From Octopus sinensis (taxonomy: Eukaryota), in contig NC_042998.1 of NCBI RefSeq assembly GCF_006345805.1, positions 83,452,001 to 83,516,000 on the forward strand: 64,000 nt of DNA, read 5' to 3'. Positions 1-14,395 of this stretch are shown piece by piece. Within the stretch, counting starts at the first letter, position 1. Every line of letters starts with the position of its first letter. The notes under the pieces are model-generated. The model was not told where the DNA came from. It was given only the letters and a program-made list of their open reading frames with translations, and ran no database searches. The position numbers and the translations under genes are program-made.

Positions 1-330
1 CGTGTTTTCCCACTTCAAACAGCACAGCTCTATTTATTAGACACTTGTTCACCGCGTCTTCCACCTACTTGCTCATTTGTGATTATACCATTAGAATCGC
101 AATGCTATTGAAGGAATTGGTTCAAGCAGTTGTGTACAGTTTGAACAAGTGTAGGTATACCACAGGCTTATGCCATGTCAGCACAAATGTCGTTGGAGGC
201 TAATCATTTTTTTCTTCAGGTAACTGATAACACCACGATACCAAATTTTGTCCATTTTCAAGAGAAGTCACTACAAGTTACTTTTGAAGTGTTCTTTGAA
301 CAGTCAGATGTCAGTTTACCTGAAAAGAAA
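1..330 (-). mobile_element. Degenerate mariner transposase 5' fragment
   Basis: Minus strand from 255 reads MDKIWYRGVISYLKKK then (frameshift) ..NDICADM, like the mariner N-terminal HTH; disrupted. Confidence 0.45.
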
Positions 331-719
331 CGATGCAGTTATTAGTAAGGAGAGTTTGAAATTAATGTATGCAAAATTTCACAGCTCTAGCATCACTTCT
401 TCATAGCCAGCCTACGAACGTTTTAGCCCACTCTTGTAGTTCTCTGCCAACGGTCCAAAGGCAGATATTTCATTCTTTAGTGCAAGATCTGCGTATGGCA
501 AGCCAATTCACTATGTCAAACTAACTTTCCATACATACATAAGTACGTATGGACGTATGTACATATGTATGTACAGTGTTATGCAATGAGTTCTACCTTT
601 CCTGTTTGCGTAACTAAATCTCACAAGCAGCCTTCAACTTTTTCTATCGAAAAGGTTTTTTAACCCAATATTATTTATAGCTTTTCTGCTTCGAGTTCAA
701 CCGTTAAAAACGAAGTAAG

Positions 720-997
720 TATGTATGTATGTATGTATGTATGTATGTATGTATGTATGTATGTATGTATGTATGTATGCATGTATTTAAGCATGTTTAT
801 TGAAATATGTAGCAAGAGAAAAGAAAACGAGAGAGAAAGATCTTTCAAGAAAACATGGTACTAAGACAATAGAAGAGAATCTTCTGCAATTTGAACGTAT
901 TAATATCAAGATACCACCAACATGGATGACATTAGCGGTAAATCAGACAATAAGACGAGGAAAGTCATTTGCAGTGAAAATTATCTCAGACGAATGC

Positions 998-1052
<55 letters not shown>

Positions 1053-1179
1053 TATATTACAAGAAGAAAACACAAAAACACCTTAGCAATAAGAGAAAGT
1101 ATTTTACAGGAAAATCAAGTTACTGGAATAGTTGAACATAAAACAAGAAAACTGACTAGAAGAACACTGATTTACAGTA

Positions 1180-1226
<47 letters not shown>
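720..1226. repeat. Microsatellites (TATG)n, (AAT)n, (GT)n; similar (TA)/(CA)/(TATG) tracts recur at about 6330-6540, 8440-8770, 10815-10925, 12805-12945, 19580-19820, 22770-22860
   Basis: Read directly. Confidence 0.9.
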
Positions 1227-1229
<3 letters not shown>

Positions 1230-3140
1230 GTGAATTTATGGAACGTTATCCCTTAACATCTCTTCTCCATTTTTAACAAATTTGTTGAGTTTTATGGGAT
1301 ACCGTTCCATAAATTTACATAACACACCATATACAAGTATTATTTTCATGCTCGCAAATTTACGCCAGTAAGCTGCCAGCAAAATATGAAGAATCTTTAT
1401 GAGAAATCGTTTTTTGGAATCCTCCATATTAAAGGACGAAATATAATTCAACCTTTTCACACACACACACAGCTGGAATTTACAACAAAAACAAATAAAA
1501 CAAAAGACGAAGACGGGTGTGTAAACAACAAACAGATGTATTAGTTTAACGCTCGAGAAGTGAGAAAGTCTTTTACGTTTCGAGCCTACGCCCTTCAACA
1601 GAAAGGAACACAGAAATAAACAGAGAGAGAAAATAAAAGGTTTAGTGGCTAGCGATCAATCATGACATATATATATGGTATGCGGTAGTGGTGCTGTGGT
1701 GGATCTCCGTCACTCATCGAGGAGGATTCAATAAGGCTGTCGGTACTGTCAGGCCACGAATTTTCTGGAAAATATCCAAGGGCCCCGACAGTCCTCCGGG
1801 AACAGATCAGCCGTTTGATTTTCATTGACATCTTGAGTTTCCCTGAAAATGTCATCGCTTTTGCTTACCACTAATCCTCTATACTACGCCTTTGTGCAAC
1901 TTCTGCTTACTGCATTGCCAGGCTGAAAGAGAGCTGTAAGTGCTTGACGACATTACAGATGTCAAACGCCCGAACGCAGCTCGAATAATAATAGATTCAA
2001 ATTTTGGCGCAAGGCCAGCAATTACGGGGAAGAGGTTAAGTCGATTACATCGACTCCAGTACTCAACAGCTACTTATTTTATCGACCTCGATATAATGAA
2101 AGGCAAATTCGACCTTAGCGGAATTTGAACTCTGGGCGTAAAGACGGACGAAATGCCGCTAAGCAATTTGCACAGCGTGCTAACAATGCTGCCAACTCAT
2201 AATAACAATGATAATTCTTTCTAATATTGAGAGGAGGAGCGAGTTGATTACATCGACACCAGTGCTCAGCTGATATTTTATTTTATTGAACCCAAAAGGA
2301 TGAAATGCCAAGTTGACTCGACAGGATTGAACTCAAAACGCAATGAGCTGGAAGAAATTCTATTAAATTCTATACGTATACACATATAGTACTAAATGTT
2401 ATTTGTGCAACATAGCTGTATGCATACGCATATTCAAATGTTTGTTTATTAACAAAGTGAGAGAGTTAAATGTAAAGGTTTATTCAAAGCGGTTTTCATT
2501 TTCTTGCCACTCGAGTTTCACGCAATTGAGATCGTCAAGAGATCAAGAAGGAATTTTAATTTTTTTTGGTTCAGTTTTCGAGCTGGAATTTATATTTGAA
2601 ATGGATTCATCGTTTTTATCAATGGTTATTGTTTTTCATTAGTGTTTTTTTTTTCTAATATTGTTTTACAGAATCTACGATGCTTTATTGATTACACAAA
2701 TTAGAAATATGTAGGGGAAAAATCCAATACAAGTTTTCAAAGATAGCGCAAAATAGATCTGCCCATAACAAATTTACTAAACATAGACAAAGGAAATCAT
2801 TATCTTTTTAGAAAACCGAACGAAGAACAATTCTATTCAACTCTAGGCACAAAACCCAAAATTTTCGGAGAGGGGGCCTCTCGGTAAGATAGACTCTAGT
2901 ACACAACTGGTACTTAATTTATGGGCCCCGAAAGGATAAAAGGCAAAGTCGACCTCGGCGGAGTTTGAACTCAGAATATAAAATCAAGCGAAACGTGTAC
3001 TGTTGGCAAATTTTAGGGAGCATCAAACTTTTTAAAGGATTTAGTGTCTCAACAGCTAAAAACTGATGCAGGTCCAATCAAAGATCGCTATTTATTCTGT
3101 AAATCGGATTTCTTGATTTGAGATAGTCGGTAGGCAGAGA

Positions 3141-5460
<2,320 letters not shown>

Positions 5461-5480
5461 AAAATAATAATAATAATAAC

Positions 5481-5847
5481 AATAATCCTAGGATGGAATT
5501 TATAAACGTTTACTGCATCGTTACGCGCGTTTCCACAAATCACTTGATTCTTAGGATCTCAGTCCGTATTCCTAGGATGATTTCAATGTAGTCCATAATA
5601 TATGTGGGCATCAGGTTGATCATCATCATTGATTCATTTCTTCAGGCGATATAATATTAGTGGATGTACCACAGAGGGATGCTTTTCCCTTTTTATCAGT
5701 ATGAAGGCCAAGCGGGCTATATGATTATTTCTGTGTGTATCTGGTGAGGAGGAGGGGAATGCGAGCTGTAATCGTAAGAGTTGTGTGATTTGTGGAAACG
5801 CGCGCAGCAATGGCTTAAATGCTTATAAATTCGATCCTAGGATTATT
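5481..5847. mobile_element. Foldback/MITE-like element with 63-bp imperfect terminal inverted repeats
   Basis: 5481-5543 is the reverse complement of 5785-5847 (aataatcctaggat.gaatttataa...cgcgcgtttccacaaatcac). Confidence 0.6.
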
Positions 5848-6370
5848 GCTATTATTACTATATATATTCCTCGATGCAATCCCGAAAAACTGGTTCACCA
5901 GTCAGCATCATTAAACTGTGGCTGGCATAATGGAATAGGAGCTTTATTTGCATCTTCAAAACGTTTCCCATTAACAAATTTAAAAGATACGTGTATGTGC
6001 GTGTGTATGTGTGTGGGGTGTGTATAACTGTATATATATATATATATATTCAGATATACATTCACACACGCGGGCGCGGGCGCGGGCGCGTATGTTTATA
6101 TACACATAAATATAACACACGATTTTTTCAAAAGATTACCTCAGAAGAAACATCAGCTGGTTTTATATGAGAAGTTAGGTCTATGTTACGTACTTTTACA
6201 TACTAAAAAAAATGTATATTTTTACTTTGAATATGCGCTGCTGAAATTGGAGTGCTTCTAATATACCCGTTTGTTTTTTTTATACAACCAAATATGGTAT
6301 TTGCATTCATCTATCTCTCCATTTATACATACATATATATATATATATATTATATATATATATATAGAAT

Positions 6371-6409
<39 letters not shown>

Positions 6410-6508
6410 TATATATATAAAATATAAATATATATATATATATATATTCATGTGTGTGTATACATATGTATGTACGGTTATATGTATGTATGTATGCTTT
6501 TTGCATGC

Positions 6509-6542
<34 letters not shown>

Positions 6543-6719
6543 ATAATTGTGCAGTGAAGCGCTAGTCTCAGCCTCACACTCTTCCATAAGGTGTCTGCTA
6601 CTGCCATTGGCTGTCATCACTTGGACTAAGTTCAAGATTCTTGTTGATCTACGTTGCATTTATAATAATGCCAACACCCCCGTATCATATATTATTACAT
6701 CACTGGCGTCATCACTAGA

Positions 6720-6935
6720 ACCACCACCACCACCACCACCACCACCACCACCACCGTCATCATCACCATCATCGTGGTCGTTGACATTGTTGTCATCATC
6801 ATCACTGCTTTAAAGGTCACATCATCACGGTTACCATCATCATCATCATCGTCGTCGTCGTCGTCGTCGTCTTCGACACCGTCACCATCATGATGACAGT
6901 CATACTCATGATCATCATCATTATCATCAACGTCA
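6720..6935. repeat. Compound trinucleotide tract (CCA)n/(CAT)n/(CGT)n
   Basis: Read directly; source of the poly-P/T/D/V ORFs in the track. Confidence 0.9.
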
Positions 6936-7179
6936 TCGTGGAGATAACTAACGAAGCAGCCTCTACGTGGGCGTTCAAACAACCAGATATAGCTGTTAAA
7001 ATCACTCACTCAAATCACACGTTATGTCTTGAATAAGATGACGTAGTCCTCTTTCTTGTTAGAAAGAAGACGAAATGGTCACGGCTGGAATTACAAGAGT
7101 CTCGGTTAGGATCAGAGGCGTACCTAGATCGTGGGCCACCAGGAGCATCCCTTATTTTTGCCGATCTTATGATCCCCGA

Positions 7180-7552
7180 GCCTATACAGCGGCCCAATGG
7201 TTAGGGCAGCGGACTCGCGGTCGTAGGATCGCGGTTTCGATTCCCAGACCGGGCGTTGTGAGTGTTTATTGAGCGAAAACACCTAAAGCTCCACGAGGCT
7301 CCGGCAGGGATGGTGGTGATCCCTGCTGTACTCTTTCACCACAACTTTCTCTCACTCTTACTTCCTGTTTCTGTTGTACCTGTCTTTCAAAGGGCCGGCC
7401 TTGTCACTCTCTGTCACGCTGAATTTCCCGAGAACTGCGTTAAGGGTACACGTGTCTGTGCAGTGCTCAGCCACTTACACGTTAATTTCACGAGCAGGCT
7501 GTTCCGTTGATCGGATCAACCGGAACCCTCGTCGTCGTAACTGACGGAGTGC
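7180..7552 (+). mobile_element. tRNA-derived SINE, family C (well preserved)
   Basis: tRNA-like head (cagcggcccaatggttagggcagcgg...ggtttcgattccc) and tail gttaatttcacgagcaggctgttccgttgatc. Decayed relatives at about 26900-27150(+), 30050-30300(+), 44620-44790(-), 45780-46050(-), 60700-60995(-). Confidence 0.8.
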
Positions 7553-7682
7553 TTCCCCACAGCGGCCCAAAAGTGCTCCTAAGGAGGAATCAGCCCTTGT
7601 CATCCAGTTCCACAACAATCTTTTATATCTGACATCCGTCTTTGGATCTTTTCTTATTAAACTTTAAACCTCTCTTTTACTC

Positions 7683-7895
7683 TCTTTTACTTGTTTCAGT
7701 CATGTGACTGTGGCCATGCTGGAGCACCGCCTTTAGTCGAGAAAATCGCCTCCAGGACTTATTGTTTGCAAGCCTGGTACTTATTCTATCGGTCGCTTTT
7801 GCTGAACTCTAAGTTGTCAAGCGATGTTGGGGGAACAAACACAGACACACAAACACACACACACACACACACACCACACACACACACACACACAC

Positions 7896-7946
<51 letters not shown>

Positions 7947-8108
7947 ATATATATACGACGGGCTTCTTTCAGTTTCCGTCTACCAAATCCACTCACAAGG
8001 CTTCGGTCGGCCCAATGCTATAGTAGAAGACACTTGCCCAAGGTGCCACGCAGTGGGACTGAACCTGGAACCACGTGGTTCGTAAGCAAGCTACTTACCA
8101 CACAGCCA
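7683..8108 (-). mobile_element. tRNA-derived SINE, family A, with internal (TA)/(CA) microsatellite
   Basis: Head gctgtgtggtaagtagcttgctt..., core ccttgtgagtggatttggtagacggaaactgaaagaagcccg, tail ggcggtgctccagcatggcc.cagtc. Confidence 0.85.
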
Positions 8109-8456
8109 CTCTATAACTTTTTTTTTTTTTTTAATTCTGGAAAAAGTGAAATATCTCTTGAGATTCAGCTTCGAAAACTACATTAATTTACCAAATTTTA
8201 AAATTTTCAATAAACTTTGAATTTTCGAAAATCAGCAACGAAACTGAAAAGTTGTTCCATCTTTTATTGTATGACTACCTAAAATAATCTTTTATTCTGT
8301 ACGACTGCTACTAATAACAACTATAATCCGTTACAACCGCGATGTGTATGTACCCCACATGTTCAACAATATGTGGTTCCTGAATTAGTTTGTACGTGCA
8401 CCCTCATCCTCAGACGATATTAAGGATATATGTATACGTGTGTGTGTAGTTGTGTG

Positions 8457-8562
<106 letters not shown>

Positions 8563-8821
8563 GTGTATGTGTATATATATGTATATATGTGTGTGTATGT
8601 ATGTGAGTATATGTATCTATACTTATATAGTCTTATGTGAATACGTACTTCTTTATTTTACTTGCTGTATCTTGTTTATCCCTCACGCTTGCACCCCTGT
8701 ATGTGTATGTGTGAGTGTATGCACGGTTTTGTTTGTGTGTGTATTGTGTAGGTATGTATGTGTATGTGTATGACTGTATATCCTTATGTGTTAAGTGTAT
8801 ACGTTTTTTCTATCACTTGTA

Positions 8822-9815
8822 AATTTAGGATCTTTTCTTTTTGAAGGCCAGATTTTCCAAGTTAACTAAACAATTTGAAACTTCGTATACTGGTAGAATG
8901 TGTCAAAAGAAAACATTATCGTAAACAAAATTGAAAACAAAATTGTAATTTGTAACTTAAACGTAGTTTAATTTTTACGAATTTTAACCAATGAAATCCC
9001 AACATCTTCGAATATTAACCAATGAAATCCCAACATTGCTGCGTTATCGATATTGATAAAGAAATATAGCAGACGCACGACACACACGACACACACACAC
9101 ACACACACATTTGCACAAGCACATAGTAATTAATATATAAGCGTACACACACATACAAACGGACATATACATACACACACATACGCACACAAGCAAAAAT
9201 ACACGTTGTGTTTTGCCACTTGCACAGATTTGCACAGAGGGGGGGGGGTCAATGTTTTATCGTTTCGGGGTCGATAAATTAAGTACCAATTACGCACTGG
9301 TGTCGAGGATTTTTTTCCCAATTTATATCACAGCTTCCGACAAGCTGGGGGCATCCTTTTATGAAAAAATATTTCGCAAATTTTTACAATACGACTCACA
9401 CTCCACGCGCAAACTCGAGACCGATTTAGGCATATTATTGTTTTGTTTTTGTTGTTTCTGGCCCTTCAAAACCACGGGAGAAGCCTTTTTGGTAAAAAAA
9501 AAAATAAAGATAATATTAAAAAAATATCGTTAATATTTTTATTGGGCGACGAAATTCATCGATTTAAGAGATATAGCTGTTATTTCTAGCACATGTAGAA
9601 GACAGAAGAAGAGGTAAATAATTTGAGCTCAAATGCTGCGATTTCATTGGTTAAAATTCTTAAAATTAAACTACGTTTAAGTTACGAATTACAATTTTGT
9701 TTTCAATTTTGTTTACAATAATGTTTTCTTTTGACACATTCTACCAGTATACGAAGTTTCAAATTTCTTAGTTAACTAGGAAAATCTGGCCTTCAAAAAG
9801 AAAAGATCCTAAATG
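8822..9815. mobile_element. MITE with about 175-bp TIRs, TA-flanked (Tc1/mariner-type)
   Basis: 8823-8997 is a near-perfect reverse complement of 9638-9814; a SINE fragment and (AC)n lie inside. Confidence 0.8.
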
Positions 9816-10842
9816 TATAATAATTTTCTCCTTCATACATTCATTTTTGTTCCTACTTTTTTTCTGATTGTCTCCCCTACCGCGGGCTAGTTTTTGAGTA
9901 AGGTAACTCTCTCGAATACATCGGCCGGTCTTGTCTGTGATCGATGTTTTTTCCTTGTTAAGTTCTCTTTGTTTTTTTCTCTGCTTGTATGTACATTTTT
10001 ACTTAAATATTTTTTTCAAACAGTCTTGCCTATCACTTTAAGCATCGTGTAATATATATATATATATAAATTTTTCCGTTTTTCGATATTAATTTGTATA
10101 TGTATAACTCTCTATGGTTTTTCTGCTAGTGCACCTGTTACGTTATATTCTACTATACACACGTGGCCCTGTTTACATTATACTTCATCTTGGCCTGTTA
10201 CCATTTTTTAAAACACATTCATTAGATTTTTATTCTTATTTTGATGTTATAGTTTACTGCACATACAGACGTGCATACACATTTATATGTCCGTCTTTTT
10301 TTCATTTTCCGCCTCTCTCATTATTATTATTACTGTTATTTTTTCCTCTTTTAAAACTTGCTTGCAAATATCCGATTTTTTTCCCGATTATCCCACTTGT
10401 ATCCTCCCTTATTGTATCTTATTTTACATTACTTTATTTTATTAAACTTTTTTTGATGTCCTTTCAAAAATTCTTCACACTGATGAGAATGACAATGCAT
10501 AAATTTTATTATAATTACTATGATTATAATTTTTTTGTTACATATTTGTATTGTCCTTTGAAATGTGCGTATGTATTGAATCTTATTTTGTATTAAATCT
10601 AATTTTGATGCAGCATCTTTTTCTCCTCCACTTTTCTATATATAATATATTTATACATATAACAATATTTTTCAACTACAATTTTCATATTCTTATTACT
10701 TGCTCTGGATGCTTTTTATGAATATGATGAATCTTTATTAGAAATCATTCTTTCTCTCTTTTTGGACCTCCGAAAATGTTTGAGTTGTTCTTTTTTGAAC
10801 TTATTTTTTCCCCATATATATATGTATATGTATATGTATATG

Positions 10843-10876
<34 letters not shown>

Positions 10877-10882
10877 TGTATG

Positions 10883-10917
<35 letters not shown>

Positions 10918-10929
10918 CACACACACAGA

Positions 10930-11739
10930 CAATTGTCAACATCTTATATTATCAATTTCGCGCATGCGCATTGTTTGTTTTTAATTTTGTCGACTACACT
11001 GTATGGTAGGGTCAGTTGTGCACCGTCAATGAGAAAAAACACCATGACGCAGTTCACTCTGTCAGAAATTTGGAAACGATATGCTATACTGTTTGGCATT
11101 CGCGCCGGAAGTGATAAAAATCGCCCTGAGAGTGACAAAAATCAAACATCCAATTAACATCATAGTGTCTAGAGTGATCACTAGCGATGGCGACGTTATG
11201 CCTCCAGTCATCTTCCCACACGGCTTCAGACTCAACACAGAGGCCTACCAAGTGCCTGGAGGAGGTAGTGCTGCGCTGGGTCAAGAGGATGGCTACTGGA
11301 AGACCCTATGCCTGAACAGGACTCTGCACCATGCCACACAAGCTGGGGAACCAATTCATGACTTTCAAACAATTTCTACAACCACATTACCCCTAACATC
11401 TGGCCACCCAACTCCTCAGACTGCAACCCACTTGATTATTATGTGTGGGGAAAAGTTGAGATAGAAACCAACAAACGCCTTGTAACACCAAAGATGAACT
11501 GAGGGCAAGGATTAAGGCAGTATTCACCAACTTAAATAAAGAGACCATCCAGAAGAGTTGCAGATTCCGAAGGCGTCTTGGGCCGTGGTTGAAATCAATG
11601 GCAATTTTATTGAATAAATTTACTCTTTAATATTTTAAGATATTTTAATGTAATTTTGATAAATATATCTGTTAAAATGACATGTCTGTGTTGTATCTTC
11701 ATTTCTGCTTAATTTAGACAGTTTATTCACCGCACCCTG
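10930..11739 (+). mobile_element. Internally deleted Tc1/mariner (maT/DD37D-like) transposon
   Basis: Remnant peptides KIKHP.NI, VITSDGDVMPP.IFPHG.RLNTEAY, QDSAPCH, WPPNS.DCNPLDYYVWG; right TIR ...ttattcaccgcaccctg|TA; left TIR lost in a microsatellite. Confidence 0.7.
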
Positions 11740-12079
11740 TATATCAAGAATTTTTATAAAATCGGATAATTTGACAAAATCAAACACACGGGAAATTTGT
11801 AGCTAATTTCTCATCAGTCAACGTCCAAGGCATCACAACAGTTTAGCGTCGTTATCGTTCATTGGAGGCGCCAGAGCAAAAAAATCACGGGGAATAGCTA
11901 ACGAACGTACAGAACAATGACGAAAACAAACAAGACAAACTAAAATAATTATATTATACAATAAATGAGAAATGGTTGAAAAATGTTCTTGCAAAACAGA
12001 TTTCAATGCAGAAAAGATTTCACGGCAAATCGAAATGCAAAGTTCATAGTTGTTTTTGGCAAAAGAAAGCAGTCATTTG

Positions 12080-12568
<489 letters not shown>

Positions 12569-12595
12569 CATATATAATATGTGAATAAATGTATA

Positions 12596-12805
12596 TAAAA
12601 GTTCCTGGCTTTGGGTAAAAGAAAATACAGGGGGATCCGTAAGTTATGATTTTGTTCAACATATTCCCCTCTCAGATTCACACACTTATTGCAGCGGTCC
12701 TTTATTTATTCCAAGCCCCGTAAAAGAACTCGAAAGTTTGGGCCTCCAGCCAGGCCTTTCGCGCAGATATCCTTAAAACCAGGAACTTTTCAGCCACCCC
12801 CTCGT
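12596..12805. mobile_element. Mariner-derived MITE
   Basis: aaaagttcctggcttt at the left is inverted relative to aaaaccaggaacttttcagccacc..ctcgt at the right. Confidence 0.55.
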
Positions 12806-12811
12806 GTGTGT

Positions 12812-12848
<37 letters not shown>

Positions 12849-13885
12849 GTGTGTGTGTGTGTCTGTCTGTGTGTGTGTCTGTGTGTCTGTATGTATGTAC
12901 GTATGTATGTATGTAAGTATGTATGTATGTATGTATGTATGTATGTATAAGGAAGGAGAGAAGGAAAGAAAGAACAATCTTAACTACTTATAATTCAAAC
13001 GATAAATATCCAAAATGTTCAGTGATGTATTAAACTCAGTGAAGCGTTGGAGGAAAAGATTTCCAGAATCGATTATTTACATCATTAATGTAGTTTAATC
13101 TCATCCAGGAATCAGGAATCCAATAATATCAACCAAAACAATTACGCTAAGACTTTATTTCTCTCAATCATGTACTGACACCATAACATTAGATTCTTAC
13201 ATAACAACAAATGTTTTTAATTAGATATTTGATGCTCACAGGATTAAGTGCGTACTGACTTAACTTCTGTTCCTTATACAGATAGTTTCTATGAATGGTA
13301 GAGTGGTTAAGAACTTCGCATTGCAGTCATAAGATCTCGGGTTCGAAGCCCATTGCGTGGCATCTAGCTATATTATCGTCTCAGGTAAAGCGGCAAGCTG
13401 GCAGGGACATTAGCACGCGGAGCTGACTGCTTAGCGGCATTTCGTCCGTCTTTATGCTCTGAGTTCAAATGCGACTTTGCCTTTTATTCTTTCGGGGTCG
13501 ATAAAATAAGTACCAGTTGAGCACTGGGGTCGATGTAATCTACTTATCCCTTCTCCCGATATTTTTGGCCTTGTGCCAAAATTTGAAGTCAATATTATAG
13601 TTGCTGGTATACCCAGTCTTAATGAGTAAAATAGGATGGACAGAAATTGTATGAGACCTCGTCGGGTGAATTGTACTTGGAATTCAAAGGTCCAAGCTTG
13701 TCATGTATCACGATGTTTCTAGTTCAGAATTACGTTAAGGATACACGAGTCTGTGGAATATTCATCCACAAAGTAATCTAATTCAATAAGTTGCTCGTTC
13801 AGTTGATCGAACTTGACGCTCATGCGCCCAAATTGACACAAGCGTCCTTCATCATAATTAACCTCAATGATTACATATACATCGT

Positions 13886-14212
13886 AGCTGTGTGGTAAGA
13901 AGCTTGCTTACCAACTACATGGTTCCGGGTTCAGTTCTTCTGTGAGGCACCTAGGGCAAGTGTCTTCTACTATAGCTTCGGGCCGACCAAAGCCTTGTGA
14001 GTGGATTTGGTAGACGGAAACTGAAAGAAGTCCCCCACCATCGCTTGACAACTGATGCTGGTGTGTTTACGTCCCCGTAACATAGCGGTTCGGCAAAAGA
14101 GACAAATAGAATAAGTACTAGGCTTACAAAGAATAAGTCCTGGGGGCGATTTGTTCGACTAAAAGCGGTGCTCCAGCATGACCGCAATCAAATGACTGAA
14201 ACAAGTAAATGA
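13886..14212 (+). mobile_element. SINE family A copy
   Basis: Head through tail recognisable; central microsatellite missing. Confidence 0.8.
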
Positions 14213-14395
14213 AGAAATGAATACACACATACACACACACATCTTTGCGACGAGCGGGAACGTGAAGCTCTGAGTTACAGCTTATGAAGATATAAGAAGT
14301 TATATAAGAGAAAAAAACATGTAATAATCGAAGTAGGAAAAAGTTCAAATTCATACATGAATTTGTGTTTGTTTATTATATGATAATAATGAATT

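Noticed and set aside
800-1135. 111-aa ORF with poly-Asn
   Set aside because: TTG start, poly-N comes from (AAT)n, no homology recognised.
1649-1925. GC-richer segment with minus-strand splice-like sites and a 68-aa ORF
   Set aside because: The best-bounded exon (1870-1922) has stops in all frames; no recognisable protein.
7188-7262. tRNA-like sequence
   Set aside because: It is the head of a SINE and continues into the SINE body; no clean cloverleaf. The same applies to other tRNA-like heads.
10114-10596. 160-aa hydrophobic ORF resembling a membrane protein
   Set aside because: T-rich low-complexity DNA producing F/L/Y/I bias; no splice or family support.
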